Positions 23,191 through 37,007 of a stretch of DNA of 54,264 nt are shown here, piece after piece. Both the position numbers and the translations under genes were made by a program. Positions within the stretch are counted from its first letter, which is position 1; every line of letters starts with the position of its first letter. Under the pieces are notes generated by a model. The model was not told the DNA's origin, ran no database searches, and saw nothing but the letters and a program-made list of their open reading frames with translations. Origin of the DNA: Chiloscyllium plagiosum (Eukaryota); NCBI RefSeq assembly GCF_004010195.1, contig NC_057719.1, forward strand, positions 1,269,382-1,323,645. Reading direction: 5' to 3'.

Positions 23191-26100
23191 CTGTACAGTC
23201 CATCGTACATAGCCCACTGCATATAGACCATTGTGTACAGTCCATCGTACATAGCCCACTGCATATAGACCATTGTGTACAGTCCATCGTACATAGCCCA
23301 CTGCATATAGACCATTGTGTACAGTCCATCGTACATAGCCCACTGCATATAGACCATTGTGTACAGTCCATCGTACATAGCCCACTGCATATAGACCATT
23401 GTGTACAGTCCATCGTACATAGCCCACTGCATATAGACCATTGTGTACAGTCCATCGTACATAGCCCACTGCATATAGACCATTGTGTACAGTCCATCGT
23501 ACATAGCCCACTGCATATAGACCATTGTGTACAGTCCATCGTACATAGCCCACTGCATATAGACCATTGTGTACAGTCCATCGTACATAGCCCACTGCAT
23601 ATAGACCATTGTGTACAGTCCATCGTACATAGCCCACTGCATATAGACCATTGTGTACAGTCCATCGTACATAGCCCACTGCATATAGACCATTGTGTAC
23701 AGTCCATCGTACATAGCCCACTGCATATAGACCATTGTGTACAGTCCATCGTACATAGCCCACTGCATATAGACCATTGTGTACAGTCCATCGTACATAG
23801 CCCACTGCATATAGACCATTGTGTACAGTCCATCGTACATAGCCCACTGCATATAGACCATTGTGTACAGTCCATCGTACATAGCCCACTGCATATAGAC
23901 CATTGTGTACAGTCCATCGTACATAGCCCACTGCATATAGACCATTGTGTACAGTCCATCGTACATAGCCCACTGCATATAGACCATTGTGTACAGTCCA
24001 TCGTACATAGCCCACTGCATATAGACCATTGTGTACAGTCCATCGTACATAGCCCACTGCATATAGACCATTGTGTACAGTCCATCGTACATAGCCCACT
24101 GCATATAGACCATTGTGTACAGTCCATCGTACATAGCCCACTGCATATAGACCATTGTGTACAGTCCATCGTACATAGCCCACTGCATATAGACCATTGT
24201 GTACAGTCCATCGTACATAGCCCACTGCATATAGACCATTGTGTACAGTCCATCGTACATAGCCCACTGCATATAGACCATTGTGTACAGTCCATCGTAC
24301 ATAGCCCACTGCATATAGACCATTGTGTACAGTCCATCGTACATAGCCCACTGCATATAGACCATTGTGTACAGTCCATCGTACATAGCCCACTGCATAT
24401 AGACCATTGTGTACAGTCCATCGTACATAGCCCACTGCATATAGACCATTGTGTACAGTCCATCGTACATAGCCCACTGCATATAGACCATTGTGTACAG
24501 TCCATCGTACATAGCCCACTGCATATAGACCATTGTGTACAGTCCATCGTACATAGCCCACTGCATATAGACCATTGTGTACAGTCCATCGTACATAGCC
24601 CACTGCATATAGACCATTGTGTACAGTCCATCGTACATAGCCCACTGCATATAGACCATTGTGTACAGTCCATCGTACATAGCCCACTGCATATAGACCA
24701 TTGTGTACAGTCCATCGTACATAGCCCACTGCATATAGACCATTGTGTACAGTCCATCGTACATAGCCCACTGCATATAGACCATTGTGTACAGTCCATC
24801 GTACATAGCCCACTGCATATAGACCATTGTGTACAGTCCATCGTACATAGCCCACTGCATATAGACCATTGTGTACAGTCCATCGTACATAGCCCACTGC
24901 ATATAGACCATTGTGTACAGTCCATCGTACATAGCCCACTGCATATAGACCATTGTGTACAGTCCATCGTACATAGCCCACTGCATATAGACCATTGTGT
25001 ACAGTCCATCGTACATAGCCCACTGCATATAGACCATTGTGTACAGTCCATCGTACATAGCCCACTGCATATAGACCATTGTGTACAGTCCATCGTACAT
25101 AGCCCACTGCATATAGACCATTGTGTACAGTCCATCGTACATAGCCCACTGCATATAGACCATTGTGTACAGTCCATCGTACATAGCCCACTGCATATAG
25201 ACCATTGTGTACAGTCCATCGTACATAGCCCACTGCATATAGACCATTGTGTACAGTCCATCGTACATAGCCCACTGCATATAGACCATTGTGTACAGTC
25301 CATCGTACATAGCCCACTGCATATAGACCATTGTGTACAGTCCATCGTACATAGCCCACTGCATATAGACCATTGTGTACAGTCCATCGTACATAGCCCA
25401 CTGCATATAGACCATTGTGTACAGTCCATCGTACATAGCCCACTGCATATAGACCATTGTGTACAGTCCATCGTACATAGCCCACTGCATATAGACCATT
25501 GTGTACAGTCCATCGTACATAGCCCACTGCATATAGACCATTGTGTACAGTCCATCGTACATAGCCCACTGCATATAGACCATTGTGTACAGTCCATCGT
25601 ACATAGCCCACTGCATATAGACCATTGTGTACAGTCCATCGTACATAGCCCACTGCATATAGACCATTGTGTACAGTCCATCGTACATAGCCCACTGCAT
25701 ATAGACCATTGTGTACAGTCCATCGTACATAGCCCACTGCATATAGACCATTGTGTACAGTCCATCGTACATAGCCCACTGCATATAGACCATTGTGTAC
25801 AGTCCATCGTACATAGCCCACTGCATATAGACCATTGTGTACAGTCCATCGTACATAGCCCACTGCATATAGACCATTGTGTACAGTCCATCGTACATAG
25901 CCCACTGCATATAGACCATTGTGTACAGTCCATCGTACATAGCCCACTGCATATAGACCATTGTGTACAGTCCATCGTACATAGCCCACTGCATATAGAC
26001 CATTGTGTACAGTCCATCGTACATAGCCCACTGCATATAGACCATTGTGTACAGTCCATCGTACATAGCCCACTGCATATAGACCATTGTGTACAGTCCA

Positions 26101-29100
26101 TCGTACATAGCCCACTGCATATAGACCATTGTGTACAGTCCATCGTACATAGCCCACTGCATATAGACCATTGTGTACAGTCCATCGTACATAGCCCACT
26201 GCATATAGACCATTGTGTACAGTCCATCGTACATAGCCCACTGCATATAGACCATTGTGTACAGTCCATCGTACATAGCCCACTGCATATAGACCATTGT
26301 GTACAGTCCATCGTACATAGCCCACTGCATATAGACCATTGTGTACAGTCCATCGTACATAGCCCACTGCATATAGACCATTGTGTACAGTCCATCGTAC
26401 ATAGCCCACTGCATATAGACCATTGTGTACAGTCCATCGTACATAGCCCACTGCATATAGACCATTGTGTACAGTCCATCGTACATAGCCCACTGCATAT
26501 AGACCATTGTGTACAGTCCATCGTACATAGCCCACTGCATATAGACCATTGTGTACAGTCCATCGTACATAGCCCACTGCATATAGACCATTGTGTACAG
26601 TCCATCGTACATAGCCCACTGCATATAGACCATTGTGTACAGTCCATCGTACATAGCCCACTGCATATAGACCATTGTGTACAGTCCATCGTACATAGCC
26701 CACTGCATATAGACCATTGTGTACAGTCCATCGTACATAGCCCACTGCATATAGACCATTGTGTACAGTCCATCGTACATAGCCCACTGCATATAGACCA
26801 TTGTGTACAGTCCATCGTACATAGCCCACTGCATATAGACCATTGTGTACAGTCCATCGTACATAGCCCACTGCATATAGACCATTGTGTACAGTCCATC
26901 GTACATAGCCCACTGCATATAGACCATTGTGTACAGTCCATCGTACATAGCCCACTGCATATAGACCATTGTGTACAGTCCATCGTACATAGCCCACTGC
27001 ATATAGACCATTGTGTACAGTCCATCGTACATAGCCCACTGCATATAGACCATTGTGTACAGTCCATCGTACATAGCCCACTGCATATAGACCATTGTGT
27101 ACAGTCCATCGTACATAGCCCACTGCATATAGACCATTGTGTACAGTCCATCGTACATAGCCCACTGCATATAGACCATTGTGTACAGTCCATCGTACAT
27201 AGCCCACTGCATATAGACCATTGTGTACAGTCCATCGTACATAGCCCACTGCATATAGACCATTGTGTACAGTCCATCGTACATAGCCCACTGCATATAG
27301 ACCATTGTGTACAGTCCATCGTACATAGCCCACTGCATATAGACCATTGTGTACAGTCCATCGTACATAGCCCACTGCATATAGACCATTGTGTACAGTC
27401 CATCGTACATAGCCCACTGCATATAGACCATTGTGTACAGTCCATCGTACATAGCCCACTGCATATAGACCATTGTGTACAGTCCATCGTACATAGCCCA
27501 CTGCATATAGACCATTGTGTACAGTCCATCGTACATAGCCCACTGCATATAGACCATTGTGTACAGTCCATCGTACATAGCCCACTGCATATAGACCATT
27601 GTGTACAGTCCATCGTACATAGCCCACTGCATATAGACCATTGTGTACAGTCCATCGTACATAGCCCACTGCATATAGACCATTGTGTACAGTCCATCGT
27701 ACATAGCCCACTGCATATAGACCATTGTGTACAGTCCATCGTACATAGCCCACTGCATATAGACCATTGTGTACAGTCCATCGTACATAGCCCACTGCAT
27801 ATAGACCATTGTGTACAGTCCATCGTACATAGCCCACTGCATATAGACCATTGTGTACAGTCCATCGTACATAGCCCACTGCATATAGACCATTGTGTAC
27901 AGTCCATCGTACATAGCCCACTGCATATAGACCATTGTGTACAGTCCATCGTACATAGCCCACTGCATATAGACCATTGTGTACAGTCCATCGTACATAG
28001 CCCACTGCATATAGACCATTGTGTACAGTCCATCGTACATAGCCCACTGCATATAGACCATTGTGTACAGTCCATCGTACATAGCCCACTGCATATAGAC
28101 CATTGTGTACAGTCCATCGTACATAGCCCACTGCATATAGACCATTGTGTACAGTCCATCGTACATAGCCCACTGCATATAGACCATTGTGTACAGTCCA
28201 TCGTACATAGCCCACTGCATATAGACCATTGTGTACAGTCCATCGTACATAGCCCACTGCATATAGACCATTGTGTACAGTCCATCGTACATAGCCCACT
28301 GCATATAGACCATTGTGTACAGTCCATCGTACATAGCCCACTGCATATAGACCATTGTGTACAGTCCATCGTACATAGCCCACTGCATATAGACCATTGT
28401 GTACAGTCCATCGTACATAGCCCACTGCATATAGACCATTGTGTACAGTCCATCGTACATAGCCCACTGCATATAGACCATTGTGTACAGTCCATCGTAC
28501 ATAGCCCACTGCATATAGACCATTGTGTACAGTCCATCGTACATAGCCCACTGCATATAGACCATTGTGTACAGTCCATCGTACATAGCCCACTGCATAT
28601 AGACCATTGTGTACAGTCCATCGTACATAGCCCACTGCATATAGACCATTGTGTACAGTCCATCGTACATAGCCCACTGCATATAGACCATTGTGTACAG
28701 TCCATCGTACATAGCCCACTGCATATAGACCATTGTGTACAGTCCATCGTACATAGCCCACTGCATATAGACCATTGTGTACAGTCCATCGTACATAGCC
28801 CACTGCATATAGACCATTGTGTACAGTCCATCGTACATAGCCCACTGCATATAGACCATTGTGTACAGTCCATCGTACATAGCCCACTGCATATAGACCA
28901 TTGTGTACAGTCCATCGTACATAGCCCACTGCATATAGACCATTGTGTACAGTCCATCGTACATAGCCCACTGCATATAGACCATTGTGTACAGTCCATC
29001 GTACATAGCCCACTGCATATAGACCATTGTGTACAGTCCATCGTACATAGCCCACTGCATATAGACCATTGTAAACAGTCCATCGTACATAGCCCACTGC

Positions 29101-29288
29101 ACATAGACCATTGTGTACAGTCCATGGTACATAGCCCACTGCATATAGACCATTGCATACAGTCCAGACTACATAGTGGGTTGTACGCAGGACATTGTAG
29201 AGAGGATATTGTACACAGAACATTGTGATCAGGAAGTTGTGTACAGGGCATTGTACAAGGACATTGTACACAGGACATTGTGTGCAAG
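23191..29288. repeat. 42-bp tandem array (140 essentially identical units, 2 variant units, then degenerate 14-mers)
   Basis: Unit GTGTACAGTCCATCGTACATAGCCCACTGCATATAGACCATT; (29071-23191)/42 = 140. Confidence 0.99.
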
Positions 29289-29330
29289 TTTAGAATTGCC
29301 AGCGATGTGCCTGTGTTTTCCAATGGTATC

Positions 29331-29363
29331 TGCTGCCAGCTAGTGGAAGTAGCCGGTACTGCG
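29331..29363 (-). promoter_or_regulatory. Candidate CTCF site (core plus upstream module)
   Basis: Minus strand CGCAGTACCGGCTACTTCCACTAGCTGGCAGCA vs consensus TGCAGTRY-N-CCACYAGRKGGCAG; one core mismatch. Confidence 0.5.
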
Positions 29364-30555
29364 GTGATAGCTTCTCTAACTAAAAGCTAGGCAAATTATT
29401 AAAAATAAAGGAACCTGTTGGCTGCTCCTGACCATGAGCCAGTGGTCCCTGTATACAATGCACGTCGCAGTCAAGGGAAGGTTAGAAACAAGCTGCAGAC
29501 ATTTTCCAGGTCCAGCTGTATTTTGGTGGCAGGTTCCTTTAGGCTGTTGGTTCAAGTGTGACACTGTCTGCTTTGCTTCTGAAGCTCCCAAGGACCATTC
29601 GCATCCATGGGGCCTGCCTGTGATAGCCCCCTGCTGCTGGGTTTGGAAGGGGTGGTATTGACGGCGTACAGGGACCAGGGCTGAGATCACTGAGGGATGC
29701 TATGGGCTGGCTCCCTCCTTTACCCTGTTCCCTCCCCCAGACCATCATCCCCTTCACAACAAATCGTCCTGTTTCATCCTCTCTGCACCTCAGGGCTCAA
29801 ACTGGAGCCAGCGTACAAACGTACAATGGGTGCTTGAGGATTGGATGTGAGATGCTCCCAGTGGGCCTTTACCTTAGCAACAGTTGTCAGGGACATTGTC
29901 AGAGAAATGAGGACTGTCCTTCGTTTGGGGGAGCCCTTCAAATCCACATTACATCAAGTGGTACTCTGGGGCACAGGAGCGTAGCTGTGGTCTGAGGTTG
30001 GTGCAGGAGCTTCAGAGGGAAACCTGGGGAATAGCTTTGTCACCCAGAGAGTGGTGGGGAATCTGGGACTCACTGCCTGTGAGGGTGAGAGATTCAAGGC
30101 CATAAACCTTCCCTGGAGGGGTCAGAAACCCTCAGGACATCGAAGAGGGATTGGGATGTGCACTTGAAATGCCAGGCTATGGGCCAAGTGCTGGGGAATG
30201 GGATTTGAACATTAGGGGGTTGTTTTTGACGGGGATAGGCTGGATGGGTTGAAGGGCCTTTTGCTGCGCCGATGACTCAAGGGGAGACAAACATTCAGCA
30301 ACAGCCTCAATCCTGGAGAACCACCTGTGATGGGCATTTGGAAAATGGAGGATCCGCGAGGATGCCATTGGAATGGGTTTGAGAGGACAGTTTTATTGTC
30401 AAACAGTAAACATGTGACCCAATCACATCACTGATGATTTACAAATTCAGAGATATCTTGTGATGAGAGACTCACATTACCCCAGATTTAATGTAACTGC
30501 CTTTGAAGGACAATGTGATAACCCCTATCTCAGGTCAACAAGATCAAGCCAGCAC

Positions 30556-31085
30556 TTATAGAGATGTACAACATGGAAACAGACCCTTCAGTCCAACTTA
30601 TCCATGCCAACTAGATATCCCAAATTAATGTAGCCCAATTTTTCCTTCCTAATCATATACCAGCCTGCATCCCTTGGTCTCCTTGTTCAGCAACACTGCC
30701 CGGGACATCACCATTAAGTTTATAAGTCCTGCCCTGTTTTGCTTTTCCAAATTGCAAACCTCACATTTATTTCAATTAAACTCCATCTGCCACTCCTTGG
30801 ACCAATGGCCCATCTGATCAAGATCCTGTTGTAATCTGAGGCAACCTTCTTTGCTGTCCACTACACCTCCAATTTTGGTGTCATCTGCAAACTTACTAAC
30901 TATATACCACCTATGTTCACATCCAAATCATTTATATAAATGACGAAAAGCAGTGGACCCAGCACCGATCCTTGTGGCACTCCACTGGTCACAGGCCTCC
31001 AGTCTGAAAAACAACCCTCCACCACACTCTCTGTCTTCTACCTTCAAGCCAATTTTGTATTCAACTGGCTAGCTCTCCAAGAATT
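30556..31085 (-). mobile_element. Internally deleted CR1
   Basis: Reverse complement of GTGCCACAAGGATCGGTGCTGGGTCCACTG...TTTGCAGATGACACC, plus tail. Confidence 0.9.
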
Positions 31086-31088
31086 CCT

Positions 31089-31426
31089 TTAGAATTAGAA
31101 TTCCTACAGCGTGGAAACAGGCCATTGAGCCCAGCAAGTCTACACCAACCCTCTGAAGAGTAATCCACCCAGACCCATTCCCCATTACTCTACATTTACC
31201 TCTAACTAATGCTCCTAATCTACACATCCTGGAACACTAAGGGAACAATTTAGTATGTCCAGTCCACCTAATGATAAGGTCTTTGGACTGTGGGAGGAAA
31301 CCAGAGCACCCAGAGGAAACTCACGCAGACACGGGGAGAACGTGCAAACTCCACACAGACAGTGGCCCAAGGCTGGAATCAAATCCGGGTCCCTGATGCT
31401 GTGAGGCTAACCACTGAGCCACCATG
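31089..31426 (-). mobile_element. HE1-type SINE
   Basis: GTCTTTGGACTGTGGGAGGAAACC...GCAAACTCCACACAGACAG...AACCACTGAGCCACC. Confidence 0.9.
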
Positions 31427-31445
31427 TCATCCATGTGATGACTTT

Positions 31446-31675
31446 AGTTAAAAATCACACAACACCAGGTTATAGTCCAACAGGTTTAATTGGAAGCACA
31501 CTAGCTTTTGGAACGACGCTCCTTCATCAGGTGATAGTGGAGGGCTCAATCGAGGATGAAGGAACATCGCTCCAAAAGCTAGTGTGCTTCCAATTAAACC
31601 TGTTGGACTATAACCTGGTGTTGTGTGATTTTTAACTTTGTACACCCCAGTCCAACACCGGCATCTCTGAATCAT
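31446..31675. mobile_element. Penelope-like inverted terminal-repeat pair (third family); 83-bp arms, 26-bp spacer
   Basis: 31446-31528 is the near-perfect reverse complement of 31555-31637; decayed hammerhead CTGATGA-AGGAGC...TTCC-AAAA-GCTA on the minus strand. Confidence 0.8.
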
Positions 31676-31806
31676 GGTATTAATGACTTAGCCTGATGCC
31701 AACACAGAAAGTTTATATCTATAAATCTCCCCAGAACATCTCATACGTTTGCCGTGAACAAGACCCTACCAGATACCAAAGCTGGCTCCCTTTGACCTCA
31801 CCTTTA

Positions 31807-32306
31807 NNNNNNNNNNNNNNNNNNNNNNNNNNNNNNNNNNNNNNNNNNNNNNNNNNNNNNNNNNNNNNNNNNNNNNNNNNNNNNNNNNNNNNNNNNNNNN
31901 NNNNNNNNNNNNNNNNNNNNNNNNNNNNNNNNNNNNNNNNNNNNNNNNNNNNNNNNNNNNNNNNNNNNNNNNNNNNNNNNNNNNNNNNNNNNNNNNNNNN
32001 NNNNNNNNNNNNNNNNNNNNNNNNNNNNNNNNNNNNNNNNNNNNNNNNNNNNNNNNNNNNNNNNNNNNNNNNNNNNNNNNNNNNNNNNNNNNNNNNNNNN
32101 NNNNNNNNNNNNNNNNNNNNNNNNNNNNNNNNNNNNNNNNNNNNNNNNNNNNNNNNNNNNNNNNNNNNNNNNNNNNNNNNNNNNNNNNNNNNNNNNNNNN
32201 NNNNNNNNNNNNNNNNNNNNNNNNNNNNNNNNNNNNNNNNNNNNNNNNNNNNNNNNNNNNNNNNNNNNNNNNNNNNNNNNNNNNNNNNNNNNNNNNNNNN
32301 NNNNNN
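31807..32306. other. Assembly gap (500 N)
   Basis: Run of N. Confidence 1.
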
Positions 32307-32864
32307 ATGAGACATTGTCAGAGGATGTTCGGGATAAAATGCAAGATTGTACTAATTTGCCTCCTACTGTGTCATAGTCATGTGTACTGTACCATGAAGC
32401 AATGACTGGGAGCACTCAAGTTGCAGCCAGTTTTCAAATAAATGTCACTTTACCGACCTGAGCCCATAATATGATGCCAAGAGTGGGTCTGAGATGGGGT
32501 ATTGAAGAACTGTTACAAATAAGAACTACTGACAAAGAGACGTAGGAATGCTCAGAGCTGTGAAAACCACTACAAGCAGTTGAACAAAATGGCAAAAGAA
32601 TAAAGAAGCAGACAACAGGTGAAATACTGTATAAAACACACGGTCTGCAACCTTTTCTGGTCCATGGCTATTCAAACAAAAAGTGATATAAAGTCGAATG
32701 TATTCCAGGTATAATGACATAATTACAAAATTGCAATAGATCTGCTTAACTGTTGAGGAGAGACTGTTTCAAAGTCTATTCCACCCTAAACTCTGATTAA
32801 CAGAATACAGACAGCAGAAAGTTTGAAAGCCTTGATGCCTTCAATCCCAAATGAACTTCAATCA

Positions 32865-33700
32865 GCTGGAAAAATGGCAAATGGAGTTTAATATAGATGA
32901 GTGTGAGGTCTTGCATTTTGGAAAGTCAAGTCAAGGTAGGAGTTTCATGGTGAATGGTTGGGCCTTAAGGAGTGTAGTGGAACAGAGGGATCTTGGAGTT
33001 CAGGTGCACGGTTCTCTGAAAGTGCAGTCACAGGTAGACAGGGCAGTGAGGAAGGCTTTTGGCACACTGGCCTTCATCAATCAGGACACTTAGTATAGAA
33101 GTTGGGAAGTTATGTTGCAGTTATACAGGATGTTGGTGAGGCCGCATGTGGAGCAATGTGTTCAGTTTTGGTCACCTTGCTGTAGGAAAAATGTTATTAA
33201 ACTGGAAAGAGTGCAGAAGAAATTTACAAGGATGTTATCAGGTCTCAATGGTCTGAGTTATAAGGGAGAGGTTGGACAAGCTAGGATTTTGTCTTGAAAG
33301 CATAGGAGATTGAGGGGGACCTTATAGAGGTGTATAAGATCATGAGAGGCATGGATAGGGTGAATGCACTAAGTCTGTTTCCCAGGGTTGGGGAATCGAG
33401 GACTAGAGAGCATCAGTTTAAGGTTAGAGGGGAAAGAACAAAAGGGAACCTGAGGGGCAACTCTTTTACACAGAGGGTGGTACGCATATGGAATGAGCTG
33501 CCAGCAGAAGTGGTTGAGGTGGGTACATTAACAACATTTAAAAGGCATTTGGATAAATACATGGATAGGGAAGGTTTAGAAGGATATGGGCCAAGTGCAG
33601 GGAAATGGGGTTAACATGGTTGACATTTTGGTTGGTATTTGCCAGTTTGGCCAAAGGGCCTGTCTCCGTGCTGGAGGTCACAATGACTCTAAGACTCTAA
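32865..33700 (+). mobile_element. CR1 3' portion
   Basis: EKWQMEFNIDECEVLHFGK, LVRPHVE.CVQFWSP, FTQRVVRIWNELP; GACTCTAA tail. Confidence 0.93.
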
Positions 33701-34039
33701 TATAGCTGATCAAAGGTATATTTTCAATATTAGGGCCAAAGATGAAAAAGAGTTGAAAAAGAGTTCAATGATTAATAGGTGATGTCATTAATACCACTCA
33801 CAGAGCATGTGAATCTAAAAGATGACCTCCTTAAAATCAGGATTTTATGAAGGATAAGGGATCATTAGCATATCTACTAAGAGAGGAGAAATTTACTCTC
33901 AGGAGAATGTTCAATGTGTGCTGAAGCGCTGAGCTTGTAAATCAGCAATTTGTGCATATTCATGGCAATGTACACGAGACTTTTCCATATAGATACACAT
34001 TTCAGGCCAAAGGAATATAATAATCATAGGTGAATGACA

Positions 34040-35512
34040 GGAACCAGGACCTCATCTAAGGTTTCCCAGAACGCTGAGGGAAGTAAGGGAGGAAATTGCG
34101 AGACCCCTTGCAGAAATATTTGCATCATCCAAAACTACAAGTGACTGGAAGATGGCTAATGTTGTATCTTTGGTTAAGAATGGTTGTAAGGAGAAACCAG
34201 GGAACTATAAATCTGTGAGCCTGACATCACTAAGTTGTTGGAGGTGATTCTGAAAGATAGGATTTACATGCATTTGGAGAGGGAAGGACTGATTAGCAAT
34301 AATCAGCATGAATTTGCGTGAGGGAAATCGTGTCTCACACAAATTCAGTTTTGTGATTTTCGTGATTCAGTTTTTCGAGGAAGTTACCAGAAAGGTTGAC
34401 GAAGGCAGAGCAGTAGACATTGTTTACTTGGACATTAGTAAAGTGTTCGACAAGGTTCTGCATGGTAGATTGATTAGTAAAGTTAGTCACATGAGATTCA
34501 CGGTGAGCTTGCCAATTGGATACATAATTGGCTTAACAGCAGGAGACGGAGAGTAATAGTGGAGGGTTACTTTTCAGACTTGGGGGGGCGGGGTCTGTGA
34601 CCTGCAGTGTTCCCCAAGGATCAGAGCTGGGTCCTCTTTTCTTGGTTACTTACATAAATTATTCAGATGAGAACATAGGCATGGTTAGTAAGTTTGCTAA
34701 CGACACCAAAATTGGTGGCATAGTAAACAGTGAAGAAGGTTTTCTAAGATTACAAAGGGATCTTGATCAAATTGGTCAATAGGCTGAGAAATGGCAGATG
34801 GAGTTCAACCTGGATAAATGCGAGGAATTGCATTTTGGTACAATAAAAAAGGTTAGGGCTTATACAATTAATGGTAGCACCTTAGATAGTGTTGTAAACA
34901 GAGGGGCCTAAGGTTCGGGTACATAATTCTTTGAAATATGTATCACATATAGACAGTTTGGTTAAAAAGGCATTTGGCACACTTGCCTTCATTGCTCAGT
35001 TGTATTAAGTATAGAAGTTGGGGCTGTTGAGTTGTACAGGACATTGGTGAGGCCTCTTCTGGAATATTGTGTCCAGTTCTGGGTATGGGAGGTTTGAGTT
35101 GTAAAGGAAGGCTGGATAGGCTGGGACGTTTTTCACTGGAGCGTAGGAAGGTGAGAAGTGATCTTACAGAAGTTTATAAAATAATGACAGGTATGGATAA
35201 AGTTAGTGGTAGTTGTCTTTTCTAGGATAGTGGATTTCAAGACTAGGAGCGAGGAGAAAGATTTTTAAAAAGACAAGAGAGGCAAATTTTTTACATAGAG
35301 TGTGGTCCATGTGTAGAATGAATGTGCTCAGGAAGTGGTGGATGCAGGTACAATTACAGCGTTTCCAAGACGTTTTAATAAGTACATGAATAGGAAAGGT
35401 TTGGAGGAATATGGGCCAGGAGCAGGTAGGTGGGACTAGTTTAGTTTGGGATTATGTTCAGCATGGACTGTTTGGACCGAAGGGTCTATTTCTGTGCTGT
35501 ATGACTCTGTGA
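34040..35512 (+). mobile_element. Decayed CR1 (RT region to tail)
   Basis: FFEEVTRKVDEGRAVDIVYLD.SK.FDKV, VPQGS.LGP, KFANDTK; TATGACTCTG tail. Confidence 0.92.
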
Positions 35513-37007
35513 CATCACGCCAAGAAAGGAAAACATTTCAGTGTGGGGAAAGTGGCATTCTTTCTGCAAGAAAATGACTAATGTTACACACAAATCTATG
35601 GCTATAAGGAAGCTCAACAAGCAGGTACAGGTGTCCATTGGCGAAGTATCCTCAACCAGCTGAGAGAGATTTGCAATATGTCACTAAACCACTAATCATG
35701 GAATAGCATCCTAGAAGCGTGCAACAGTCTGTTTACAGGATTAGGAGGTCTTCCAGGAGAGTATCTTCTCCAAGTAGATGAGAGGGTAAGACAAATTCAG
35801 CATCTGGTGAGGAAAGTCCTAGCTGTTCTCATGTCCAGGCTGAATGACAGGATAAAAAAGCTGGAAAGGAAGGGAGTAATCATAAAAGTGACATAGATGA
35901 GCTGTATGGTAGCAGTGAAACAAGCAGAAACTATACTGAGAGCATGGATTGTCCAAAACATCTTAATAAAGCTCTAAAGAATTCTCCCATGCCCACCAGA
36001 GAAGGAATTTAGCCACAACTTGTCAGGCAAAAGTCTTTTATCTCCTAGATGCGGAGATGGGGTTACTGGGAAGTGAAGGTGGGTGAAAGTAAGGGTTCTA
36101 AACCGACATTCTCAACATCCTTCAGGAGATACCAATGGTCCTCCAGAGGAATCTTAGTGTAATCAATATGAGATAGTCAGTATTCATCCTAGAACAGACT
36201 TTACTAGGGTTAAGATTATTTTAATGAGCAGACTTTATAATGAATGATCTGATAGTTTAATGACATGGAAATGCAATGGAAGAAGCTGTTGCTGACCACG
36301 ATCACATGATCGCTCAAAAGGGCTCACAAATGAACCTGAAACAGAATCAGAAAACATTGCAAATAAGGATGTCCAAAGTCAAGCGCATAGCTATGTGCCG
36401 ACGGCAAAATGTCCTTCCCTTGGTCTCAAAAGGTGATTGCCATACCAGCAATGAGGCAACCGACAGATGTACGGTAGGGCAATTTCATCAATTTATTGAG
36501 CAGAGGAGGACACGGGGAAAATGTATAAACTCCACACAGATAGTCACCTGAGGTCTGGAACTGATCCTGGGTCCCTGGCTGCCATGCTAACCACTGAGCC
36601 ACCCCTAATCAATTGGAAAAGCTGAGACGGTGTAAATCACCAGAGGAATCATAAAGAAATTGACTTATACAGGGTAATCCTCAAGTGGAGAAACATACCA
36701 ACGGCAGGTGTGGAAAGTAGCACAGTACAAAGGATAACATCACACTGTGTCCAAAACTACTCATCCAACACTGAACAAGATATGGAAACTGGAGTTAATC
36801 GTAGGCCTGAATGAAAATCAAGGTGAAGCAGCCAAAAGTTAAATTTTGTTTTGACAAGATCATTGCCAGAATTGAGCATTGGAGAGCCATTCTCAACAAG
36901 TGGTAAGTTGGGACCTGTATCAACTTGATTGTATACATGAGTGATGGATGACTAAATATACTGTCACAACCACAGTATACACATCTTTATTAATTACAAA
37001 CCACAAT

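Larger units (their letters stand above)
32368..37005 (+). mobile_element. Highly decayed Ty3/Gypsy LTR retrotransposon (possible LTR/PBS, gag, pol), split by two CR1s and a SINE fragment
   Basis: PBS-like TGATGCCAAGAGTGGG (32472); gag-like QRYIFNIR..., DDLLK.RI, LLREEKFTL (~33710-33960); pol-like FTGLGGLPGEYLLQVDERV..KKLERKGVIIKVT, PKHLNKALK, EEAVADHDH, RSLPELSIGEP. Confidence 0.75.

Noticed and set aside
23191..29154. CRISPR-like array
   Set aside because: No unique spacers, no cas genes, and a vertebrate context.
23063..29323. Four ~2000-aa ORFs (e.g. Cys-rich MDCTQWSICSGLCT repeats, His-rich VQSIVHSPLHIDHC repeats)
   Set aside because: A 42-bp unit is divisible by 3, so any stop-free frame stays open. 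Four frames on both strands are open, there is no synonymous variation or domain context, and the underlying period is 14 bp, which is not codon-based.
31696..32415. ORFs spanning N runs (also 3819-4414)
   Set aside because: Artefacts of translating assembly gaps.
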